Source: an uncultured Alphaproteobacteria bacterium (lineage in GTDB: Bacteria; Pseudomonadota; Alphaproteobacteria; Rhodobacterales; Rhodobacteraceae). Taken from it: a stretch of 64,000 bases of DNA. A model generated the notes under the pieces. It did no database searches. It saw nothing but the letters and a program-made list of their open reading frames with translations, and had not been told where the DNA came from. Both the position numbers and the translations under genes were made by a program. The DNA lies in NCBI GenBank assembly GCA_963822435.1, contig CAWGHN010000006.1:30307-94306 (forward strand). Direction: 5' to 3'. Within the stretch, counting starts at the first letter, position 1. Each line of letters starts with the position of its first letter. Below, in pieces: positions 45,779 to 55,421 of the stretch.

Positions 45779-46490
45779 CGACGGCCATCGCCTGGCCCGT
45801 GACGAAGCTGGCGGCGTCGGAGGCGAGGAAGAGGACCATCGCGGCAACCTCCTCTACCGTGCCGAGGCGACCCGTGGGCTGGCGGTCGAGGAAGAATTTC
45901 CACGCCGCCTCGCGGCTGCCCATCGTGGCGGTCAGCGCCTCGATCCGTTCGCGCAAGGACGGGCTGTCGATGGTGCCGGGGCAAACGGCATTGGCGCGGA
46001 TGCCGTCCTTGAGGTAATCGGCGGCGACCGCCTTTGTCAGGCCGATCACGCCGGCCTTCGCTGCGCCATAGGCGGCACGTTTCGGGAAGCCGCGGATGGA
46101 TGAAGCGACCGAGGCGATGGTGACGATGCTGCCGCCGGGGCGGGCCATTTTCGGGATCGCGGCGCGGATGACATAGAAGGCGCTGTCGAGAGTGATCGAG
46201 GCGGAGCGGCGCCAATCGGCGTCGGAGGTTTCCTCGATGGTGCCCTGGTGCACGTAGCCGACGGCGTGGACGAGGACGTCGATCCGCTGGAACCCGGCGA
46301 AGTAGGCGTTCACGGCGGCAGAGTCGGTCGCGTCGAGTGCGGTGGTGTGGCCGCCGAAATCGGCCAAGAGATCGGCGCGCAGATCGCTGGCGTGGACGGT
46401 GGCACCGGCGGCCTTAAGCGCTTCGGCGCAGGCGCGGCCGATGCCTTGGCCGGCTGCGGTGACTACGGCGGTCTTGCCATCGAGGCGCAT
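45759..46490 (-). CDS. SDR-family oxidoreductase
   Basis: Start MRLDGKTAVVTAAGQGIGRA. YGAAKAG catalytic motif. Confidence 0.85.
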   Translation of the reverse strand: MRLDGKTAVVTAAGQGIGRACAEALKAAGATVHASDLRADLLADFGGHTTALDATDSAAVNAYFAGFQRIDVLVHAVGYVHQGTIEETSDADWRRSASITLDSAFYVIRAAIPKMARPGGSIVTIASVASSIRGFPKRAAYGAAKAGVIGLTKAVAADYLKDGIRANAVCPGTIDSPSLRERIEALTATMGSREAAWKFFLDRQPTGRLGTVEEVAAMVLFLASDAASFVTGQAMAVDGGITV

Positions 46491-46506
46491 GACGAAATCC
46501 TTGTGG

Positions 46507-47484
46507 TCAGAGCGCCGAGGCGCGGATGCGGAGGGTGGTGGTGAAGGGCTTCCCGGCGCGGAACGGGTGGGCGGTGGGGTGGCCTTCGCGCGACAGCGGG
46601 TTGGCGGCGGTCGAGATGCGGGGACCGAGGTCGAAGGCGGCGCAGACGGGTTCGAGGCCAACGGCCTGATGCCGGCCTGACCACGGATAGGCGCTGCGGC
46701 CTCGGTTCGACACCCAGATCACGAGGCCGGGAAAATGCGCGGGGTTCCACGACATGTCGATGCGGAAGCCTTCGCCGGGGTAGGCGAGGGCGACGTGGCC
46801 TTGCGGTGCGGTCAGTTGCACAAGCTCTTCGGTGGCTCGGGGCAGGGGAAGGTCGGTGAGATCAGCGGTGCCGCCGCCGCGCAGGGGGACGGCGGTCAAC
46901 GAGGCGAAGCGCGCGCCTTCGGCGAGCTGCGAGACGCCGGGTTCGACGCGGCCGGGGAAGGTCATGCCGCCGCTGGTCGTCTGGATCTGAACGCCCGTAT
47001 CGGGGACGCGGAAGGTGGGGTGGAGGCCGATGGGCAGCGCCACGTCGCGGCGGGGGTGGATGGTGAGCGATATATCCAGCGCGGCGGTGGTGGGGTCAGG
47101 CGTGATGCGGCGTTCGAGGCGGGCGATGGGGTGGTGAGCGGGGTAATTGAGGCGGAGCGTGACGTCGCTGTCGAAAGTCCAGTGATCGTTGGAGCTGTGA
47201 CCGTGGGGCGGCTGGCCGTCGGGGGTGCCGGTGGCGAGGTTGGCCCAATCGCCCGACAGCGGCGCGTCGCGTTCTGCGCCAAACGGCACGCAGGGCCATT
47301 CGCCGCGCAGGCGTTGCAGGATGCCGGGGAGGGTGTTTGCCTGCGGATCGTCGGCCCAGGGGGCGATCTGGAAGGGGGTGGCTTCGCGCCCGTCCGGCAG
47401 GCGGAAGGTAACCGGACCCAGCATTCCGCCCAAGGTCTGGATCTCGCCCGTTCCGTGCGCCCATGAGAAGGCGCGGGTGGTCAT
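46507..47484 (-). CDS. Hypothetical protein, tentatively galactose-mutarotase-like fold
   Basis: Good coding ORF within the operon (ATGA overlap with the GntR stop). IGLHPTFRV and GLEPVCAAFD vaguely resemble aldose-epimerase blocks. Function is uncertain. Confidence 0.5.
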   Translation of the reverse strand: MTTRAFSWAHGTGEIQTLGGMLGPVTFRLPDGREATPFQIAPWADDPQANTLPGILQRLRGEWPCVPFGAERDAPLSGDWANLATGTPDGQPPHGHSSNDHWTFDSDVTLRLNYPAHHPIARLERRITPDPTTAALDISLTIHPRRDVALPIGLHPTFRVPDTGVQIQTTSGGMTFPGRVEPGVSQLAEGARFASLTAVPLRGGGTADLTDLPLPRATEELVQLTAPQGHVALAYPGEGFRIDMSWNPAHFPGLVIWVSNRGRSAYPWSGRHQAVGLEPVCAAFDLGPRISTAANPLSREGHPTAHPFRAGKPFTTTLRIRASAL

Positions 47485-48176
47485 GACGCGGCCTCTTCGA
47501 AGTATTCGGGAAAGCGGGTGCGCGCCTCGTCGACGTAGGCGAAGATGCGGCGGAGGTGGGTTTGCAAGCGGTCCTCGGCGGCGGATCTGTCGCCAGCCTC
47601 AATCGCGGTGACGAGATCTTCGTGCTGGCGGATCACCATCGGCAGGTCTTCGACGCCTTCGACCATCAACTGGCGGAAGCGGTCCATGTGCAGTTTCGCG
47701 CGGGTCAGTTCGGGGATGACCGGAGAGCAGCCGGCAAAGGTGGCGATCAGGCCGTGGAAACGGTTGTCGGAGGTGTAGAATTGCGCCTTGTCGCGGACGG
47801 CGACATAGGCGCGTTGCAGGGTGATCTCGTTGCGCAGGCCTTCGATCAAGGCGCTGCGGTCGCGCTGTTCCATCGCGCGGCGCAGAATCGCAAGTTCCAG
47901 CGCCTCGCGCATGAATTGCGAGGTTTCCAGGTCTGCCAGCCGCAGGGGTGCCACGCGGGTGCCCCGCTGAGGCAGGATGTCGACGAGGCCTTGTTCAGCC
48001 AGCCGGGCGAGGGCTTCGCGCGCGGGTGTTCTGCTGACACCGAGGGAATCCGACAGGGCGGCTTCAGACAGTTTCTGGTTCGGTTTGAGTTCAAACCGGC
48101 AGATGCGGTCGAAGAGGTGTTCGTAAAGCTGTTGCGACAGCGAGCCGGTCTTGTCGGGGCGGAAGGGGTGGTTCAT
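47481..48176 (-). CDS. GntR-family transcriptional regulator (FadR/FCD type)
   Basis: KLSEAALSDSLGVSRTPAREALARLAEQGLVDILPQRGTRV wHTH plus an FCD-like C-terminus. ATGA overlaps on both sides. Confidence 0.9.
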   Translation of the reverse strand: MNHPFRPDKTGSLSQQLYEHLFDRICRFELKPNQKLSEAALSDSLGVSRTPAREALARLAEQGLVDILPQRGTRVAPLRLADLETSQFMREALELAILRRAMEQRDRSALIEGLRNEITLQRAYVAVRDKAQFYTSDNRFHGLIATFAGCSPVIPELTRAKLHMDRFRQLMVEGVEDLPMVIRQHEDLVTAIEAGDRSAAEDRLQTHLRRIFAYVDEARTRFPEYFEEAAS

Positions 48177-49048
48177 GACACGCGCAGACCTTCCATGAAA
48201 TGCCGCCTTAGAAGGAAGAACAGGATGACGGTCGGGATAGACGCAATCAATGCGCCCGTCATCACGATGTTCGGCCCCTGCTGGCTGTAACTGCCTTGAA
48301 ACACCAAAAGCGCGTTCATGATCGAGCGGGTTTCCGGACGGTTGGCAAGGATTGTGGAGAAGAGGAGGTCGTTCCAGACCCAGGTGAACTGCAAAAGGAA
48401 CACGGCCGCCATCGGGCCGATCACGTTCGGCAGGACGATGCGCAGGAATACGGTGATTTCGCGCGCGCCGTCCATCCGCGCGGCCTCGTCCATCTCGCGC
48501 GAGAGGCCGTTCATGTAGGTGCGCAGAACGAGGACGGGAAAGGGGATGCAGACGGCAGTGTAGAAGAGGCACATGCCGAGACGAGAGTTCAGAAGGCCAA
48601 GCGACTGGTAGCCGAAGAACAAGGGGATCAGGAACATCTGAAACGGAAACACCGTGCCCGCGAAGATCAGGAGAAACCACCCCTCGCGGCGCGGCAGGTC
48701 GAGGCGCGCGAGCGCGAATGCGGCCATCGCGGCGATGAACACGGCGGAGCCTGCGCCAACGACGCCGTAGAGGGCCGAGTTCAGCATGGCTTGACCCATG
48801 CCACCCAGATCCCATGCGCGGGTGACGTTGTCCCAGAACGGCGCGATGCCTAGTGGCAGGTCGAGCGGGTTGCCGGAAGCGTATTCCTCGGTCGATTTGA
48901 AGATCGTGAGGAACAGGAACCAGAACGGCAGCACCCAGACGAGGGCGAGGATCACGCCAAGCGCCACCTTCCAGACGCCCCGGCGTTTCCTGCGCGCCTC
49001 GGCCCGGATGATCGCGTCGAAATCGAGGGTGGAAAGGTCGACCGCCAT
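48173..49048 (-). CDS. Carbohydrate ABC transporter permease (CUT1, MalG-like)
   Basis: Start MAVDLSTLDFD. EAA-like block LSREMDEAARMDGA. Confidence 0.9.
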   Translation of the reverse strand: MAVDLSTLDFDAIIRAEARRKRRGVWKVALGVILALVWVLPFWFLFLTIFKSTEEYASGNPLDLPLGIAPFWDNVTRAWDLGGMGQAMLNSALYGVVGAGSAVFIAAMAAFALARLDLPRREGWFLLIFAGTVFPFQMFLIPLFFGYQSLGLLNSRLGMCLFYTAVCIPFPVLVLRTYMNGLSREMDEAARMDGAREITVFLRIVLPNVIGPMAAVFLLQFTWVWNDLLFSTILANRPETRSIMNALLVFQGSYSQQGPNIVMTGALIASIPTVILFFLLRRHFMEGLRVS

Positions 49049-50001
49049 CAGCGCAGCTTTCGTTCGACGCGGGCCTGCCAGACCGTTTGCGCCCATGTGA
49101 CGACAAGGACGACGAGGCCGATCACCACGGCGACGGCTGCGCCGAAGGACCATGACGATTTCTGGAACGCCTCGAAATACATGAACACGGCGAGCGAGAG
49201 GGTGCGCTGTTGCGGGTAGGAGGAGCCCATCACCCAGATGAGGTCAAAGACCGTGAAGCCCGCGAGGACCGACAGGATCGTCACCATCACCAGCGTGGGC
49301 GCAAGGAGAGGCAGGGTGATGTGGCGGAAGATCTGGAACGGACGCGCGCCGTCGATCCGGGCGGCTTCCAGAGGGTCTTTCGGGAGGGCGGAGAGGCCGA
49401 GAAGGAGGAGCACCATGACAAGGCCGCAGGTCTGCCAGACGAAGGTCGCGATCATCGCTCCGGTGACGGTTGTTTCGGAGTAGAGCCAGCCGATCTGGAC
49501 GGGATCGGTGGCGAAGACCGAGAGGGCGCGGTTCAGAAGGCCGTCGGGCGCGTAGACATAGAACCACATCACGCCAACGGCGGTGGGGGCAAGGATGCGG
49601 GGCAGAAAGATGATCGTCTTGAACACCTCTTGCCCCGGCATCCGGCGGAAGAAAAGCGCAAGCGCGAGGCCGAAGAGGATGGGGAAGACGATGCTGGCGA
49701 CGACCCAGATCATCGTGTTCTGCAAGGCTTGCGCAAAAAACGGGTTGCCGCCGAGGCGGGTATAGTTCGACAGGCCTGCAAACTGATCCCAGCCGGCGAA
49801 ACGCTGCCATTTCGCGAAGGACAGCCAGACGTTGTAAAGGACCGGCAGCAGCAGGAACACGACGACGAAAAAGATGGCGGGCGCGACGAAGGGGAACGCC
49901 CGCCGGAAAGCGCGGCGACGCCGGGCAGCCTCGTCCGCGCGAATCTGGCCAAGGCCGATCCGCGCGAGAAGGTCTGTGTCTGTATCCGGCGCCTGGTTCA
50001 T
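49048..50001 (-). CDS. Carbohydrate ABC transporter permease (CUT1, MalF-like)
   Basis: Multi-TM. Block LPKDPLEAARIDGARPFQIFRHITLPLL. Confidence 0.9.
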   Translation of the reverse strand: MNQAPDTDTDLLARIGLGQIRADEAARRRRAFRRAFPFVAPAIFFVVVFLLLPVLYNVWLSFAKWQRFAGWDQFAGLSNYTRLGGNPFFAQALQNTMIWVVASIVFPILFGLALALFFRRMPGQEVFKTIIFLPRILAPTAVGVMWFYVYAPDGLLNRALSVFATDPVQIGWLYSETTVTGAMIATFVWQTCGLVMVLLLLGLSALPKDPLEAARIDGARPFQIFRHITLPLLAPTLVMVTILSVLAGFTVFDLIWVMGSSYPQQRTLSLAVFMYFEAFQKSSWSFGAAVAVVIGLVVLVVTWAQTVWQARVERKLR

Positions 50002-50002
50002 G

Positions 50003-51226
50003 TTACTGCGCGTTGGCCCAGTATTCGGCGTTCAGCGCCTGCACGTTGGCCATCACGCTGTCGGCGGTTTCCATCGTCGGGTCCAGAAGGAAGCGGTTGA
50101 ACTCTGCCACGATCTCGCCTTGCAGGGCGGGCGGCACGGCTTCCCACCAGCGCAGGTAGGCGGCGTGGCCCCCGGCGGCGATGTCGGCGTTGACCTCGGC
50201 CACGATGGCGTTCGGCGCATCCGCCGCATCGTTGCCGATGTAGTTGCCCGACGCCTTGCCCCAGGCGTTCGCGCCATCGTTCGACACCCAGCAGCGCAGC
50301 GCCTTCATCGTAGCCTCATCCGCAGCCCCAGCGGTTGAGATCACGATCGGGCCGCCTTCGACGATGACGGCGGGCTTCTCGACCCCGGCCGCGTTCGGCA
50401 TGATGAACACGCCGAGGTCCTCCGCCGGGAAGCCGGCGGCGGTGACAAGGCCGACCGCCCATTCGCCGATCAGGTAGATGGCCCCGTTGCCGCGCACGAA
50501 GTCGTTCACCTCTTCGGTGCTGCGGGGATCGCTGAAGTAGCCCTTGGCGGCCATGTCGGCCCACATCTGGAACGCGGCGCGAACCGGCTCAGAGTCATAG
50601 GCGACCGAACCGTCGCTGAGGCCATTGTAAGCCTCGGGGTTGGTGCGCAGCATCAGTTCCTGGAACCAGATGAAGCCGCGCCAGCCTTCTTGCGTGGTGG
50701 CAAGGAAGGGAGTCTTGCCCGACGCCTTGATCGCCTCGGCATCGGCCATCAGTTCGTCCCAGGTCGTCGGTTCATCGAGACCCAGTTCCTTGAACACGCG
50801 CTTGTCGTAAAGCGCGACCCAGCGCGCCATGACCATCGGCACGCCGTAGGGCACGCCATCGACCTTGAAGAGGTCTGCCGCACCCGGCTGGAACCGCTTG
50901 TCGCCGGTCATTTCGGCCCAGACATCGGTCAGGGGCGCGATCTGGCCCGTGCCCACAAGTTCGTTGAACGTGGACCCGGTCCACCAGGTGAACATGTTCG
51001 GCGGCGCGCCGCTGGCGATGCCGGCCTGAATGAAGGCCTTGTACTGTTCGGCGTTGGCATAGGGGCGTTCCACGATCTTGACGCCGGCGGATGCCGCGCA
51101 GGCATCGCCCACCGCCTGCAACTGCGTCGACCAGAAGCCTTTGTCGTGGAACAGTTCCACCTCGCTTTGCGCGAAGGCGGGGGCGGCGCTCAGCAGCAGT
51201 GCAGCGCCGATTTTCAGCAGTTTCAT
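50003..51226 (-). CDS. ABC transporter substrate-binding protein, family 1 (sugar type)
   Basis: Start MKLLKIGAALLLSAAPAFAQ (signal peptide) with GGGAGGGA SD. Confidence 0.9.
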   Translation of the reverse strand: MKLLKIGAALLLSAAPAFAQSEVELFHDKGFWSTQLQAVGDACAASAGVKIVERPYANAEQYKAFIQAGIASGAPPNMFTWWTGSTFNELVGTGQIAPLTDVWAEMTGDKRFQPGAADLFKVDGVPYGVPMVMARWVALYDKRVFKELGLDEPTTWDELMADAEAIKASGKTPFLATTQEGWRGFIWFQELMLRTNPEAYNGLSDGSVAYDSEPVRAAFQMWADMAAKGYFSDPRSTEEVNDFVRGNGAIYLIGEWAVGLVTAAGFPAEDLGVFIMPNAAGVEKPAVIVEGGPIVISTAGAADEATMKALRCWVSNDGANAWGKASGNYIGNDAADAPNAIVAEVNADIAAGGHAAYLRWWEAVPPALQGEIVAEFNRFLLDPTMETADSVMANVQALNAEYWANAQ

Positions 51227-51251
51227 GTCATTCCCTCCCAAGAATGGCCTT

Positions 51252-52364
51252 TCAGGCGGCCTGTGATTTTGCCAGTGATTTTGCCAGTGATTTACCAGTG
51301 TCGATGTCGAACAGGTGGCAGCGCTCGGTGTTGACGTGGAACGTCAGCCGGTCTCCGTCGGCCACCGGGCGGGGTTGCTGCATCCGGGCGACGAATTGCA
51401 TGGCGGCGGTTTCGGCGAAGAGCAGCGTCTCGTTGCCCAGCATTTCGCTCAAGGTGACGGTCGCTTGCAGGGCTGCCGTGCCAGCAGGGCGCAGGCCGTG
51501 GCCTTCGGGCACGATATCTTCGGGGCGCAGGCCAAGGGTGACGCGGCGGCCTGGGGTCAGGCCGGTGAAACGGGCGGGGTCAAGCGGGATGGTCAGGCCG
51601 CCGCCTGCGAAGGTGGTGGCGTCGCTGAGAGCGCCATCGACGAAGTTCATCTGCGGCGTGCCGATGAAGCTGGCGACAAAGCGGTCGGCGGGGCGTTCAA
51701 AGACCTCAAGCGGGCTGCCGGATTGGGCGATCACGCCGTCTTTCATCACCACGATCACATCGGCCAGCGTCATCGCCTCGACCTGATCGTGGGTGACGTA
51801 GATCGTCGTCACCTTCAGGCGGTGTTGCAGGCGCTTGATCTCGACCCGCATCTGGTTGCGCAGTTTCGCGTCGAGGTTGGACAGGGGTTCGTCGAACAAA
51901 AACACCTCGGGCTTGCGCACGATGGCGCGGCCCATCGCGACGCGCTGGCGCTGGCCGCCGGAAAGCTCGGACGGGCGGCGTTCGAGGTAGGGGCCAAGCT
52001 CCAGCGCGGTCACGGCACGGTCGATGCGGGCAGCGGCCTCGGCCTCCGGCACCTTGGCGAGTTTCAGCGAGAACGCGAGGTTTTCGCGCACCGTCATGTG
52101 CGGGTAAAGCGCGTAGGACTGGAACACCATCGCAACGCCGCGGTCCTGCGGATCAAGGTCGTTGACGACCCGGCCGCCAATGCGCAGTTCGCCGTGGCTG
52201 ATGGATTCAAGGCCTGCGATCATCCGCAGGGTGGTGGATTTGCCGCACCCCGAGGGGCCGACCAGCACGACGAAGGCACCATCGGGAATGGTCAGGTCGA
52301 TGCCGCGTACGGCGATGTCGCGCCCGTAGATCTTGACCAGATCCTTGAGGATGACGTCGGCCAC
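51252..52364 (-). CDS. Sugar ABC transporter ATP-binding protein (UgpC/MalK-like)
   Basis: Walker A GPSGCGKST, signature LSGGQRQRVAMGRA, C-terminal TOBE-like domain. GTG start. Confidence 0.9.
   Translation of the reverse strand: MADVILKDLVKIYGRDIAVRGIDLTIPDGAFVVLVGPSGCGKSTTLRMIAGLESISHGELRIGGRVVNDLDPQDRGVAMVFQSYALYPHMTVRENLAFSLKLAKVPEAEAAARIDRAVTALELGPYLERRPSELSGGQRQRVAMGRAIVRKPEVFLFDEPLSNLDAKLRNQMRVEIKRLQHRLKVTTIYVTHDQVEAMTLADVIVVMKDGVIAQSGSPLEVFERPADRFVASFIGTPQMNFVDGALSDATTFAGGGLTIPLDPARFTGLTPGRRVTLGLRPEDIVPEGHGLRPAGTAALQATVTLSEMLGNETLLFAETAAMQFVARMQQPRPVADGDRLTFHVNTERCHLFDIDTGKSLAKSLAKSQAA
51264..51299 (-). repeat. In-frame tandem repeat, 12 nt x 3 (encodes TGKS-LAKS-LAKS) at the 3' end of the ATPase gene
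   Basis: Plus strand reads tgattttgccag tgattttgccag tgatttaccagt. Confidence 0.8.
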
Positions 52365-52366
52365 GC

Positions 52367-53590
52367 TCAGACCCGCTTCTTCGCAGGATTGGCCCAGTTC
52401 TGTTCCGGCCAGATCGCATACCAGTCGGGCCGCCCCGGATCGCGGTCGTACATATAGCCGCCGACGCGGGCGTAATGTTCGGCGTATTCGGCCACCTTGT
52501 CGCGGTCGACCTCGACCCCCAGCCCCGGACCTTTCGGCAGGGCGATGGCGCCGTCGACATACGGCAGCTTGCCGCCTTTCAGGATGTCGCCGGTCAGGTG
52601 GTGGTAATGCGCGTCAGCCGCGAAGTTCAGGTTTGGCAGGCAGGCGCCAAGGTGCAGCATCGAGGCAAGCTGGATGCCAAGTTCGCCGGAGGAATGGACA
52701 GCGGCGGAATGCTGGAAGGTTTCCAGCACTTGCCCCGCCTTCAGCGCCTGGCGAAGGCCACCCCAGAAGGTGGTGTCCAGCAGCACCACGTCGACCATCC
52801 GGTGGCGGATCGACACGGCAAGCTGTTCAAAGTTCACCACCACCATGTTGGTAGCGGTCGGGATCGGCTGGCGGTCGCGGACGCGGGCCATGCCTTCAAG
52901 GCCCCAGGTCGGGTCTTCGAAGTAATCGTTGTTCAGGTGTTCGATCGCGCGACCGACGCGGATGGCTTCCTCCACCGACCAGGCGGCGTTCGGGTCGAGG
53001 CGCAGGCGGTCGCCGGGAAGGGCTGCGCCCAAGGCCTCCATGACGGCGATGTCATGGTCGGGGGCGAAGTGGCCACCTTTCAGCTTGTGGGTCTTGAAGC
53101 CGTGCTGCGCCTTCAGGTCGAGCGCGTGGGCGGCCATGTCATCGGGCGTGGTTTCGCCGCCTTTGCCGTTGTGTTCGTAGCGGTAGAAAAGGTAGGCGGC
53201 GAAAGGGATCTTCTCGCGGATGGCCCCGCCAAGAAGATCGCAGGCGCGCACGCCAAGCCGTTTGCCGGCAAGGTCGAGGCAGGCCATCTCGATCGCCGCA
53301 TGCAGTTGCAGGCGGTTGTTGTAGAGGCTGCCGGTGGGGTTCATGATCTTCCAGCGCAACTGTTCAAGCTGCAGCGGATCGTGGCCCTTGAGGTAGGGCA
53401 GAAGGCCTTTGATCGCCGCCTCGGCGCTTTCGCCGCCACCGCCCAGTTCGCCCCAGCCGGACAGGCCGTCGTCGTCCACGACCTCGACCACAGTGCGGAT
53501 GAAGCGGCCCCAATGTGCGCCGGCGGCGTGGCGCAGCGGTGCTTCCAGCGGGACGGCGACAGTTGTGGCGCGGATGTCGGCAATGGTCAT
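52367..53590 (-). CDS. Enolase-superfamily, mandelate racemase/muconate lactonizing family (probable sugar-acid dehydratase)
   Basis: 407 aa. N-terminal capping-domain-like sequence, a KxK-type block FKTHKLKGG, and barrel-domain acidic residues. Specific substrate not assignable. Confidence 0.8.
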   Translation of the reverse strand: MTIADIRATTVAVPLEAPLRHAAGAHWGRFIRTVVEVVDDDGLSGWGELGGGGESAEAAIKGLLPYLKGHDPLQLEQLRWKIMNPTGSLYNNRLQLHAAIEMACLDLAGKRLGVRACDLLGGAIREKIPFAAYLFYRYEHNGKGGETTPDDMAAHALDLKAQHGFKTHKLKGGHFAPDHDIAVMEALGAALPGDRLRLDPNAAWSVEEAIRVGRAIEHLNNDYFEDPTWGLEGMARVRDRQPIPTATNMVVVNFEQLAVSIRHRMVDVVLLDTTFWGGLRQALKAGQVLETFQHSAAVHSSGELGIQLASMLHLGACLPNLNFAADAHYHHLTGDILKGGKLPYVDGAIALPKGPGLGVEVDRDKVAEYAEHYARVGGYMYDRDPGRPDWYAIWPEQNWANPAKKRV

Positions 53591-53594
53591 GCGG

Positions 53595-54389
53595 TCAGTC
53601 CTTCTTCGGGCTGCCGCCGAGGCGGGCCATCAGGCCGCCATCGACGCGCACTGTCTCGCCGGTGATGAAGCTGGCCTTGTCAGACAGAAGGAAAGCCACG
53701 ACATGCGCCACTTCTTCAGGCCGCGCGGGGCGGCCAAGGGGATGCATGGCGTCGATCTCGGCCCAGACGGCGGCGGGATCGGGGGCGAGGTTGACGGAAT
53801 GGCGCAGCATCGGGGTGTTGACCGAACCGGGGGCGACGGCGTTCGAACGGACCCCGGCTTCGGCGAAATCCACGGCGATGGAGCGGGTCAGGCCGATCAG
53901 CCCGTGCTTTGCCGCCGTGTAGGCCGCCACCCCGACCTGCGTGGCAAAGCTTTGCACCGAAGCCATGAACACCAGCGACCCTTTTGCCGCCACGATCTGC
54001 GGCAAAAGCGCTTGCGACATGAGGTAGGCCGAGGTGAGGTTGACCGCGATCACCTCGGCCCATGTGGCCCGGTCGGTGGACAGCGCTGAGCCATAGCGCT
54101 GGATTCCCGCGTTGTGCGACAGCCCCGCACAGCCACCAAGCGCCAAGGCCGCCTCGGCGGCAGCGCTTGCCGTGGATGCATCAGCCACCGATCCAACGAC
54201 ACGCCGCAGCTTGCCCGTCAGGCCAGCAGCAACCTCCTCCAGCCCGACCTTGTCGACATCGACCAAGACCAGATCACGACCCTCTGCCGCCAACACCTCG
54301 GCGACGGCGCGACCGATTCCCTTGGCGGCCCCTGTGACAACAACTGCGTTCACGATTTTCCCATTTGCAGAATCGATGACGACTACCAT
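53595..54389 (-). CDS. SDR-family oxidoreductase
   Basis: [15 protein letters not shown] cofactor motif and YTAAKHG catalytic motif. ATG 54389 preferred over TTG 54401. Confidence 0.85.
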   Translation of the reverse strand: MVVVIDSANGKIVNAVVVTGAAKGIGRAVAEVLAAEGRDLVLVDVDKVGLEEVAAGLTGKLRRVVGSVADASTASAAAEAALALGGCAGLSHNAGIQRYGSALSTDRATWAEVIAVNLTSAYLMSQALLPQIVAAKGSLVFMASVQSFATQVGVAAYTAAKHGLIGLTRSIAVDFAEAGVRSNAVAPGSVNTPMLRHSVNLAPDPAAVWAEIDAMHPLGRPARPEEVAHVVAFLLSDKASFITGETVRVDGGLMARLGGSPKKD

Positions 54390-54425
54390 ACTAGCACGCA
54401 ATCAAAGCGCAAGTGTGAGGTTGGG

Positions 54426-55421
54426 ATGGACGAACTATCGACCGGGCGGCGCGACAGGCGAAACCACTGGTGGCCGAAGCAGCACGCCGAGATCGCGCCG
54501 GTCTTTGTTCTGCCACCGCGTCCCATCGCATTCCTGAAATGGCTGCCCAGTTACTTTTACCCGTGGACGGCGCTTTTCTTCGCCACCGGCGCGCTGTTCT
54601 GGTGGCTGCTGACGCCGTCGCTGGACACGATGGCGACATCGGGTTGGGGCTGGGTCGCGTGGATCGTGCTGCGCAATGCGGTGGCGACGGCGCTGTTTTA
54701 CGGCGCGCTGGAACTGCTGCTTTACATCAGGCGCCGGCAGCAGACGCGGTTCAAATACAACCCGGCTTTCCCTGAGGACCGTGCCAACCCGGCCTTCTGG
54801 TGGAAAAGCCAAACGCGCGACAACATGGCCCGCACGATGATTTTCGCCGTGCCGATCTGGTCGGCGTGGGAGGTGTTCATCCTGTGGGCCTTCGCCAGCG
54901 GTCTGGCGCCGATGTCCACTTGGGCTGAAAACCCCGGCTGGCTGGTTGTGCTGGGGCTGCTGGTGCCCTTTGTGCACCACGTCCATTTCTACCTTGTCCA
55001 CCGCTTGCTGCATGTGCCCGCGATCTACCGCCGCGTCCACGCGTGGCATCACAAGGCGACCAACCCCTCGCCTTGGTCGTCACTGTCGATGCACCCGATC
55101 GAGTTGGTGCTGTATTTTTCCGGCGCCGGGCTGCACCTTCTGGTCGGCTCGCACCCGCTGCTGGCACTGTTTCACCTGCACTACGCGGGGCTTGGCGCGT
55201 CGGTCGGCGATATCGGCTTTCACACCATCGAGACGGGCACCGACTCGGGCGTCGATACCCATGCCTTCACCCACTACCTGCAGCACAAGTATTTCGAGGT
55301 GAACTATGGCGAGGGGCTGGTGCCGATCGACAAGTGGATGGGCACCTGGCACGACGGCAGCGAAGCAGGCGACCGCCTGATGGAGGCACGCCGCGCCGCG
55401 CGGCGGGCGGGGCAGGCGTGA
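54426..55421 (+). CDS. Fatty acid hydroxylase / sterol desaturase superfamily membrane diiron enzyme
   Basis: Internal start MDELSTGRR with GAGG SD. His boxes HHVHFYLVHRLLH, HAWHH and HYLQHKYF. Several TM helices. Confidence 0.8.
   Translation: MDELSTGRRDRRNHWWPKQHAEIAPVFVLPPRPIAFLKWLPSYFYPWTALFFATGALFWWLLTPSLDTMATSGWGWVAWIVLRNAVATALFYGALELLLYIRRRQQTRFKYNPAFPEDRANPAFWWKSQTRDNMARTMIFAVPIWSAWEVFILWAFASGLAPMSTWAENPGWLVVLGLLVPFVHHVHFYLVHRLLHVPAIYRRVHAWHHKATNPSPWSSLSMHPIELVLYFSGAGLHLLVGSHPLLALFHLHYAGLGASVGDIGFHTIETGTDSGVDTHAFTHYLQHKYFEVNYGEGLVPIDKWMGTWHDGSEAGDRLMEARRAARRAGQA

Noticed and set aside
46704-46714. tRNA T-loop-like string GGTTCGACACC
   Set aside because: It lies inside a coding region, and no acceptor or anticodon stems can be drawn around it. 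I found no tRNA-like cloverleaf anywhere in the intergenic regions.
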